Below are positions 1 to 8,149 of a DNA stretch of 64,000 bases, piece after piece. Source of the DNA: Amoebidium appalachense (lineage: Eukaryota; Protista; Ichthyosporea); assembly GCA_963693365.1 (NCBI GenBank), contig CAVNZM010000013.1, forward strand, positions 7,936,940-8,000,939. The letters run 5' to 3'. The stretch's first letter is position 1, and the number at the start of each line of letters is the position of its first letter. A program made the position numbers and the translations under genes. The notes beneath the pieces are model-generated. The model was not told the origin of the DNA. It made no database searches and saw only the letters and a program-made list of their open reading frames with translations.

Positions 1-250
1 ATATATAAGTATAAGCAGATACACGTCACCTGAAACTTGTTGCACTGAGTAACAATAATTATCTTACTCAAGGTACTGATTCTGAGTAACACAGACAAGT
101 GTCCCACACTAGATGTTACTCGACCAAATATGATAAGAATTTCCAACCCATTTCCGAACTACCGTGTGCATACAATTCCTTGTCTTGTCTGTAGATACAT
201 ACTAAGTAACAGAATGAAATCACTCGCATGTGTTATCCCTCATGATTGTA

Positions 251-607
251 TCAATCCGTTTCATCCGGAGTCTTAGCGGACTGGCCCAGCCGTATGAGAC
301 AGGCCCGTAGAAAGTCCTTTTGCTTCTTCAGCTTGTCGTTTTCCAGCTGCAGCTCTTGGTTCTCCACCACCAAATTCTTGTTCTCTTCGCACACCTTGTT
401 GCGCTCCTCTTGCAGGCCCTTGATCACCTCCCGCTGGTTCTTGTTCATTGTGCGCAGCGCGTCGTTGTCCTTGTCCATGTCGTTGTTCAACTCCCTCAGC
501 TGCTGGATCAGCCCGTGCAGCCCCTCGTTGGCCTCCTTCAGCATCTTGTTGGTCTCTTGCAGCTGCTCGGTGTGTGCATCTTGGCGCTGTGTGACTGTTT
601 CGTCCAT
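251..607 (-). CDS. Orphan intronless coiled-coil protein (118 aa)
   Basis: ATG-to-stop ORF, E/Q/N/K/L-rich with heptad periodicity (LQETNKMLKEANEGLHGLIQQLRELNNDM...LQLENDKLKKQKDFL) and GC-rich third positions. No family recognised. Confidence 0.7.
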   Translation of the reverse strand: MDETVTQRQDAHTEQLQETNKMLKEANEGLHGLIQQLRELNNDMDKDNDALRTMNKNQREVIKGLQEERNKVCEENKNLVVENQELQLENDKLKKQKDFLRACLIRLGQSAKTPDETD

Positions 608-655
608 TGTGTCGTTTGCAGCCGGTTGGGCAGGAGGTGTTTAGTTTTTCTATCC

Positions 656-1008
656 ACGAAGCAAAGCAGTGTGAACAAAAAAAAAACGTCCCTCTTATTT
701 TTACGAAGCAAAAGTGTGACCCAAAAAAAACGTTCCTTCTACACAGTGCAAAATAAAGCAAAATCCTATGATGCGCAAACACACCGTGAACTAAAAAAAC
801 TCGCCACTGATTATTTACACGAAGTAAAGCAGTGTGAACAAAAAAAAAGCGCTCCTTACACAGTGCAAAATAAAGCAAAATCCTATGATGCGCAAACACA
901 CCGTGAACTAAAAAAACTCGCCACTGATTATTTAAGTAAAGCAGTGTGAACAAAAAAAAGCGCTCCTTACACAGTGCAAAATAAAGCAAAATCCTATGAT
1001 GCGCAAAC
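656..1008. repeat. Imperfect tandem repeat, unit ~112-118 bp, ~2.5-3 copies
   Basis: TACACAGTGCAAAATAAAGCAAAATCCTATGATGCGCAAAC recurs at ~740, ~858 and ~968; AAGCAGTGTGAACAAAAAAAA recurs at ~665, ~827 and ~939. Confidence 0.9.
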
Positions 1009-1289
1009 GTATAAGTATTGGATCCACGTGAGCGCGAGTTTCCTAAGTGCTGCTCAAAAAGTGACATGTTGTTCCCAGCAGGCAGTGCACCGATTCGCTA
1101 TCAGTTGACATCGTGTTCAAGCAGTCAGCACCATGTGATTGTGTACTTTTCCTGACCAATTTTTGTATCCCTGATAGACAGAATAATGCTCGTAATTGTT
1201 GGGAAGCATATTCGTGTTTTTTAGGAGTTGCTACATCAAAATACATTGTGTTCAAACACTGACGGCCAAGTTGCAAAGATCGGATTACA

Positions 1290-1538
1290 ATCCAATCTGT
1301 CAAATGACAATTCTCAAGTCAAAACATGCTCTTGTTGATCCAATCAGAATTCATCAATCAGTCAGCAGATTTGGTTGAGCCCCAACTTATCGGATACACC
1401 AAGATGCCTAAATGACAATTAGCCAATCAGATATTCACGCGATCTCTAGATCCAATCAAGCGTCGCGGCTGGGGTATATCCAACCAATCTAATGCAATAA
1501 AGCATCTGATGCCAAAGCCGGGCACGGCATATAAAAGC
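1290..1538 (+). promoter_or_regulatory. Pol II-type promoter: CCAAT cluster plus TATA (GGCATATAAAAGC at 1526-1538)
   Basis: CCAATC at ~1293, 1339, 1423, 1452 and 1484, then a TATA box ~90 bp upstream of the ATG at 1622. Confidence 0.65.
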
Positions 1539-1621
1539 CCATACTCTCTTCAATCCACACACCTTTTCCATGTTAGCTAGCTTCTCCCTTGGCACACAAC
1601 GTACATCCAACTGTCACGAAA

Positions 1622-2368
1622 ATGAGTATTAACATCAAAGATCTAGAAAGGCGCGCTGAAAAAATAGAGAAAAGACTCAAGACTTTGGAGCGGGATGCAA
1701 AGGACCTGCGGGACACCCAGACCCGTTTCGCGTGCGCCCTTGCTAGGCACGCCCGCATGGCTTTAAGCAGGCGCACCACTACAGCAGCAACCGTGGCACC
1801 CCCAGCAGCAACCGTGGCACCCCCAGCAGCAACCGTGGCACCCCCAGCAGCAACCGTGGCACCCCCTGTCCTGGCAGCGGCACCTGCACTTCGTGCTGGC
1901 GAGCATGGCAGCTCCTATCCCGTGGACTTGGGCGCCCTGCCCCTGCAGCGCTCACGTTTGCACATCACACAGGGGTCCAAGACACGGGAGAAACCACCAA
2001 GACAGCAGAAGAGGACACGAGAGGAAGTCAAAAGCTCTGGGTCGGAGGAGGAGCACCATTCTCCAGTGTCTCCTTATTTCTGGAAGACTGTGTGGTCCAA
2101 GCGGGAGAAACCACCAAGACAGCAGAAGAGGACACGAGAGGAAGTCAAAAGCTCTGGGTCGGCGGTACAGGAGGAAGTGCCTCCTTGGTTCAAGACCTTG
2201 TCCGAGACCTTGCTACGGGGACAGCAGTCAGAACCTGAGGAGTACTCGTCTTCTGAGGAGTACTCGTCTTCCGAGTCCAAGACCTTGACACGGGGACAGC
2301 AGAAAAGGGCACGAGCCAGTGATGCCAGCAGCTCTGGGGCGTCTTCCGAGTCTTCAGACGAAGTTTAA
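1622..2368 (+). CDS. Orphan intronless protein (~248 aa): N-terminal coiled coil, ATVAPPA repeats, duplicated basic block, Ser/Glu-rich tail
   Basis: First ATG of ORF 1589-2368 is at 1622 (MSINIKDLERRAEKIEKRLKTLERDAKDL). Contains four 21-bp in-frame repeats and REKPPRQQKRTREEVKSSGS twice. Upstream TATA/CCAAT. Confidence 0.7.
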   Translation: MSINIKDLERRAEKIEKRLKTLERDAKDLRDTQTRFACALARHARMALSRRTTTAATVAPPAATVAPPAATVAPPAATVAPPVLAAAPALRAGEHGSSYPVDLGALPLQRSRLHITQGSKTREKPPRQQKRTREEVKSSGSEEEHHSPVSPYFWKTVWSKREKPPRQQKRTREEVKSSGSAVQEEVPPWFKTLSETLLRGQQSEPEEYSSSEEYSSSESKTLTRGQQKRARASDASSSGASSESSDEV

Positions 2369-2372
2369 TATT

Positions 2373-3930
2373 GAGTGTACTTAGGGTGGGGCTGTGCAGA
2401 GTGTACTTAGGGTGGTGCAGAGTGTACTTAGGGTGGGGCTGTGCAGAGTGTACTTAGGGTGGTGCAGAGTGTACTTAGGGTGGGGCTGTGCAGAGTGTAC
2501 TTAGGGTGGTGCAGAGTGTACTTAGGGTGGGGCTGTGCAGAGTGTACTTAGGGTGGTGCAGAGTGTACTTAGGGTGGGGCTGTGCAGAGTGTACTTAGGG
2601 TGGTGCAGAGTGTACTTAGGGTGGGGATGTGCAGAGTGTACTTAGGGTGGTGCAGAGTGTACTTAGGGTGGGGCTGTGCAGAGTGTACTTAGGGCTGTGC
2701 AGAGGTGTACTTAGGGTGGGGCTGTGCAGAGTGTACTTAGGGTGGTGCAGAGTGTACTTAGGGTGGTGCTGTGCAGAGTGTACTTAGGGTGGTGCAGAGT
2801 GTACTTAGGGTGGTGCAGACGTGTACTTAGGGCGGTGCAGAGGTCTACTTAGGGTGGTGCAGAGGTCTACTTAGGGTGGTGCAGACGTGTACTTAGGGTG
2901 GTGCAGACGTGTACTTAGGGTGGTGCAGAGGTCTACTTAGGGTGGTGCAGACGTGTACTTAGGGTGGTGCAGAGGTCTACTTAGGGTGGTGCAGAGGTCT
3001 ACTTAGGGTGGTGCAGAGGTCTACTTAGGGTGGTGCAGACGTGTACTTAGGGTGGTGCAGACGTCTACTTAGGGTGGTGCAGACGTGTACTTAGGGTGGT
3101 GCAGACGTCTACTTAGGGTGGTGCAGACGTGTACTTAGGGTGGTGCAGACGTGTACTTAGGGTGGTGCAGACGTGTACTTAGGGTGGTGCAGACGTGTAC
3201 TTAGGGTGGTGCAGAGGTCTACTTAGGGTGGTGCAGACGTGTACTTAGGGTGGTGCAGAGGTGTACTTAGGGTGGTGCAGACGTGTACTTAGGGTGGTGC
3301 AGAGGTGTACTTAGGGTGGTGCAGACGTGTACTTAGGGTGGTGCAGAGGTCTACTTAGGGTGGTGCAGACGTGTACTTAGGGTGGTGCAGACGTGTACTT
3401 AGGGTGGTGCAGAGGTCTACTTAGGGTGGTGCAGACGTGTACTTAGGGTGGTGCAGAGGTGTACTTAGGGTGGTGCAGACGTGTACTTAGGGTGGTGCAG
3501 AGGTCTACTTAGGGTGGTGCAGAGGTGTACTTAGGGTGGTGCAGACGTGTACTTAGGGTGGTGCAGAGGTCTACTTAGGGTGGTGCAGACGTGTACTTAG
3601 GGTGGTGCAGAGGTGTACTTAGGGTGGTGCAGACGTGTACTTAGGGTGGTGCAGAGGTGTACTTAGGGTGGTGCAGACGTGTACTTAGGGTGGTGCAGAG
3701 GTCTACTTAGGGTGGTGCAGACGTGTACTTAGGGTGGTGCAGACGTGTACTTAGGTGGTGCAGAGGTCTACTTAGGGTGGGGCTGTGCACCACAGTGTAC
3801 TTAGGGTGGTGCAGAGTGTACTTAGGGTGGGGCTGTGCACCACAGTGTACTTAGGGTGGTGCAGAGTGTACTTAGGGTGGGGCTGTGCACCACAGTGTAC
3901 TTAGGGTGGTGCAGACGTGTACTTAGGTGG
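2373..3930 (+). repeat. TTAGGG-containing minisatellite, unit 21-29 bp (core GTGTACTTAGGGTGGTGCAGA), roughly 70 copies
   Basis: Directly visible; three zones with different unit variants; decayed copies continue to ~4055. Confidence 0.97.
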
Positions 3931-4332
3931 GTGTCTTGTGGTGAAAGTAAAGTTTATGGCATACAGGCAGATGTGTGCTTTAAGCCTTAGGGAACTGTGG
4001 GCAGACATGTCAACACTTGGGCCTATGGGTAGACGTGTACACACTTAGTGTATTTGTTTGTGTCTCTCATGGTTATTTTATAGCATGAAGCACTGCAAAA
4101 AATGGTGTATGTTTCCGTGGTCCACGTACACAGAATCCTTTAATATGAACACAAGTGATTGTATAGAAAAAGAGTAAGTACGTACATGATAGTCTAGTCA
4201 GATTACAAAGAACAAATCAACTTGGACCGAGTATATTCAAATACAAACTAAAAGAGAAAAGAAACAAATAAATCAAGACCGATCAATTCAACTACAAATC
4301 AAAAGAGAATGCCACTTAGTCGACCAATCAAA

Positions 4333-5484
4333 TCAGTACATCTCATGCTCATACTGGTCAAACTCTTCCTGGTCAAGATCAATGAGGGGAATTTCTTCAG
4401 TTTGTGTATGTTTGGGTTCAGGTTTGCGGTCATACACGACCGACTCACGATCAGACGCAGATTCGTCATCTGTCATATCATCGAGTACCTGATTTGCCCG
4501 TCGTTTGAGCCGCTTGGGGTTGAATGCTTCATCTGAGTCCCAATCGCATTGATCATGGACGCGTTTGGCGGGTGAGGCAGGTGAAGAGACAGACTCATTA
4601 CCACCTGTGTATGCCTTCAAGTTCTTCTCCCGTCGCAGAATCTTCCTTCGGATGCTTTTTATGGTGTTTTGGGCTGCACACACAGCAGCAATGGCCAGGC
4701 CCTCCGCCATTTCATCTTCAGCCGCCTTTGCCTCTTTGACACGCTCTCGAGCATTCTGGAGCTCCCCCCTCACACTAGTTAGCTGTGCATCGAGGTCCAT
4801 CGTATGGTCATGCAACGAAGTCTCAGGTGCTTTGGTGTGCTTGGGCCTGGGCTTAGCGGCAGGGGTGGTCTTGGCAGGAGTGGTCTTGGTGGTAGGGGTG
4901 GTCTTGGCAGGAGTGGTCTTGGTGGTAGGGGTGGTCTTGGCAGGAGTGGTCTTGGTGGTAGGGGTGGTCTTGGCAGGGGCGGTCTTGGCGGCAGGGGTGG
5001 GGGCAGTCACAGGGGCGGTCTTGGCGGCAGGGGTGGGGGCAGTCACAGGGGCGGCAGGGGCAGGGTCGGTCTCATTGGTGGTCTTGGCGGCAGGGGGTGG
5101 GACAGTCAGAGTGGTGGTCTTGGCGGCAGGGGGTGGGACAGTCAGAGTGGTGGTCTTGGCGGCAGGGGTAGTCTTGCGAGGGCCACTGGAAATGTAGTTG
5201 GCATAGGCCACCTGGGCATCCCAGCGGGGTGCTGCAGCCCGTTGCAGGCTGGCAAGCTCGGCCTGCAGGGTCTTGATCTGCTCTTCGGCTGCCCTCAGTC
5301 GTGCCTCTACGTCAGAGGGCTGGGGTTGGGGGGGTCGGGGCGTACGCGCAGCATTCTCATTGGTCACTTGACTGCGGAGGCTGATGAGGTCGGTGTGCAG
5401 GGCCGTTAAGCGAGACGAATGGTCCGTGTACAGAAAATCAAAGCGCTTCTGCAGCTGTTGAAGCTCCTCTTTCAAAGAATCCAT
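4333..5484 (-). CDS. Orphan intronless protein (383 aa): coiled coils, P/A/K/T repeats, basic NLS-like segment, acidic C-terminus
   Basis: Long ATG ORF with frame-preserving 33- and 36-bp repeats (PAKTTPTTKTT, PAAKTTTLTVPP), PKRLKRR and a D/E-rich tail; TATA ~95 bp upstream. Confidence 0.8.
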   Translation of the reverse strand: MDSLKEELQQLQKRFDFLYTDHSSRLTALHTDLISLRSQVTNENAARTPRPPQPQPSDVEARLRAAEEQIKTLQAELASLQRAAAPRWDAQVAYANYISSGPRKTTPAAKTTTLTVPPPAAKTTTLTVPPPAAKTTNETDPAPAAPVTAPTPAAKTAPVTAPTPAAKTAPAKTTPTTKTTPAKTTPTTKTTPAKTTPTTKTTPAKTTPAAKPRPKHTKAPETSLHDHTMDLDAQLTSVRGELQNARERVKEAKAAEDEMAEGLAIAAVCAAQNTIKSIRRKILRREKNLKAYTGGNESVSSPASPAKRVHDQCDWDSDEAFNPKRLKRRANQVLDDMTDDESASDRESVVYDRKPEPKHTQTEEIPLIDLDQEEFDQYEHEMY

Positions 5485-5578
5485 GTTTCGTGTGAGTGTT
5501 TGAAAACCAAGTTTGTTGTGTGTCGCCTTTTACTATTGAGTGTCAGTGTTGAAATGAGTGAATGTGACCGTGTGTGCT

Positions 5579-5591
5579 GCTTTTATATGCC
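5579..5591 (-). promoter_or_regulatory. TATA element GGCATATAAAAGC for ORF 4333-5484
   Basis: GCTTTTATATGCC on the + strand is the exact reverse complement of the motif at 1526-1538. Confidence 0.65.
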
Positions 5592-5777
5592 ACGGTACAA
5601 AGCAGCTTACAGCAATGGTGCCAAGGCTCAATGGGATAGATCTGTCCAATCAACGGTCATTGTCACTCAAACGGCCTTGATGGTTGGCAAAGTATCACGT
5701 CTAAGCTTGATGAAAACAAACCCGTGGCTGCTAACCATTGACCGGCTATAGATCTAACCAAAAAAGGAAGGCACAAC

Positions 5778-6108
5778 AAATTGGTGCCTGCACACGGAGC
5801 ATGCCTATAGGCTGTTTAGACACCACACGTGTAGGGCGCTGCCTCTTGGCACCAACCAGAAGAGGGTAGAAATTGGTGCCTGCACACGGAGCATGCCTAT
5901 AGGCTGTTTAGACACCACACGTGTAGGGCGCTGCCTCTTGGCACCAACCAGAAGAGGGTAGAAATTGGTGCCTGCACACGGAGCATGCCTATAGGCTGTT
6001 TAGACACCACACGTGTAGGGCGCTGCCTCTTGGCACCAACCAGAAGAGGGTAGAAATTGGTGCCTGCACACGGAGCATGCCTATAGGCTGTTTAGACACC
6101 ACACGTGT
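5778..6108. repeat. Perfect 92-bp tandem repeat, ~3.6 copies
   Basis: AAATTGGTGCCTGCACACGGAGCATGCC starts at 5778, 5870, 5962 and 6054. Confidence 0.97.
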
Positions 6109-6183
6109 TGTGGCTTCTGTCTTTACCACCCGCACACCCACACGTGCCACATACACTATCCTCCCCGTGAGTGGCATGCCAGT

Positions 6184-6390
6184 CCCCCCAGCCCCCCAGT
6201 CCCCCCTGCCCCCCAGTCCCCCCTGCCCCCCTGCTCCCCTGCCACCACACACTGGGTGCGCCCCTGCTCCCCTGCCTCCCGGAACCAGGCCCCAGTGAGT
6301 GCTCACGTGCCTCCCCTGCCTCCCCTGCTCCCCGGCGCAGGGCCAGTGTGCCTCCCCTGCTCCCCTGCCTCCCGGAACCAGGCCCCGGCG
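6184..6390. repeat. C-rich low-complexity block with CCCCTGC units and a ~33-bp duplication
   Basis: CCCCTGCTCCCCTGCCTCCCGGAACCAGGCCCC at ~6261 and ~6354. Confidence 0.8.
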
Positions 6391-6641
6391 CAGTGGCAGC
6401 TATTTTTAGATATAGAGATTCCATGGCCACATGGCCAGATGGCCAGATCATTTTGCTCACCGTTTTATCCCGTTTTATCCACCTTTTTCCACACACTGAA
6501 TTTCACCTGGCCATCTGGCCATCTGGGTAGAGACCGTTTTCTGTTCTGATATTGGAGAACTGTCTGATAGTGATAGCAAATGTCATTCGAAGAACAATCG
6601 GGAAACCCCGTGGTGTGACAACCAATCAGAATGAAGCAATA

Positions 6642-7012
6642 TTGGGATATTCGGGTTGGTTGTAAGGTTTCCGGGTCGGGCCGAAGGCCTTAACGGGCCG
6701 CAGGCCCGTCTATTGGGCCATAGGCCCTAGGCCGCTAGGCCTGGGGCCCGGGGGCCTGGGGCCCGGGGGCCCGGGGACCCGGGGACCCGGCGGTCCGGCC
6801 CGGCCCGGCGGCCCGGGGTTAGCAGCCGCTGCTAACCCCGGGCCGCCGGGCCGGGCCGGGCCGCCGGGTCCCCGGGTCCCCGGGCCCCCGGGCCCCAGGC
6901 CCCCGGGCCCCAGGCCTAGCGGCCTAGGGCCTATGGCCCAATAGACGGGCCTGCGGCCCGTTAAGGCCTTCGGCCCGACCCGGAAACCTTACAACCAACC
7001 CGAATATCCCAA
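6642..7012. repeat. 371-bp palindrome (185-bp arms, 1-nt centre at 6827, one mismatch found)
   Basis: TTGGGATATTCGGGTTGGTTGTAAGG at 6642 pairs with CCTTACAACCAACCCGAATATCCCAA ending at 7012. Apex is GTTAGCAGC-C-GCTGCTAAC. Mismatch T6794/G6860. Confidence 0.97.
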
Positions 7013-8149
7013 GTCAGACATGCAAAGTCTGCAGACGTCAGCAGATGTCAGACGGCCAGCTGCCAGGCTGCAGCTCAGAAGGCCAACAACCGTGCCACCG
7101 CGGCCGTGACCCTGGCTGCGGCTGGCGGCCGGCTTACAATGACACCGCCTCGTCCGCGGACCGCTGACTCCGTGTCCAGGCCCGGCCCTGATCATGAGGG
7201 CAAACACGGTGTGCAAACAGGGTGGCTGACTGGGACACTGCACATATATGATTGCTTTTGTCTTGGACAGGCACGCCACCTCCGGATCCGGATCCGTCTG
7301 CACCAGAATGTACACCTTAGGACGGCAGTGACTGCGTCGGGCCAATCGATCGCATATGCAGTTTTAGGTGACCTTGAACCCGCTGTACATGTACAACTTG
7401 AAGGGCTTCGTTCGAACTTGAACAGAGTTGCGTACTTATGCCAAGCTTGTTATCTCAAAGGACTGGGCCGACAGTGCAACAAGGGCAAACGGGATTATGC
7501 ACTTATCATTGCATATGCCCGGGGCCGGTACAGCTACAATAACGGCGCGGCTGGGAACGCTTTCTAGAACTCGTCCAACTTAGGCTGACATGGGGCCGAC
7601 ACATCCACAAAATTGAATGCCATACTGGGTTTGATTGTTGTTCTGATCGTGATGTAGCCATGTTCTTTCAGAACTCCATAGTACGGATAAGTATATAGCT
7701 TCTTCCCTGGATGTAACCGTGGACATGGTGCCTGAGTGCAAAAAGCTCCAGCAGAGCACACGTGCACTTGATAAAGAAGGTGGCCCAGCCACACCTCCAT
7801 ATGTATTTGCATGTCAGTCATTCGCAGTCTACTATTACAAGCTAATGGCGTATATCATGTTTATATCATGTTGAAATACTTTGCCACATGCGTTGTGGTG
7901 CCATAAGTTTTATCAGTTCTGATGTCAATGTACAGTCTACATACGCGAATAGTTCTCAGTTGACTAATTTAAGCGGAGGGTTCAAAAAAGACCAGAGCAG
8001 GGGTACTTGGACCGACTTAAAAAAAAAAAAAAAAATTTCAACGGCATTTCTCTGCCGATATTGCCGAACAACCAGGCACTATTCATTCAACAAGAAAAAG
8101 CAATTAATAAAAAAAGTTTCAACAGACAAAACACCATCCAATACCCATT

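Larger units (their letters stand above)
1..7012. mobile_element. Putative terminal part of a large virus-like or mobile DNA element (left end outside window)
   Basis: Intronless orphan ORFs, shared promoter motif, none of the host (CA)n or long poly-G tracts, stacked subterminal repeats and a terminal palindrome. No hallmark gene is seen, so the call is inferential. Confidence 0.55.

Noticed and set aside
273-1067. ORFs 273-1067 (-) and 320-949 (+)
   Set aside because: They run through a tandem repeat and overlap the better ORF 251-607 in other frames.
2373-3930. CRISPR array or true chromosome telomere
   Set aside because: No unique spacers or cas genes and a eukaryotic context; the array is internal with complex sequence on both sides.
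4565-5409. Plus-strand ORFs 4565-5197 and 4804-5409 (Gly/Val-rich)
   Set aside because: Antisense shadows of the repeat-rich ORF 4333-5484.
6464-6494. DnaA-box-like TTATCCAC / TTTCCACA
   Set aside because: Imperfect matches, and nothing else suggests a bacterial origin.
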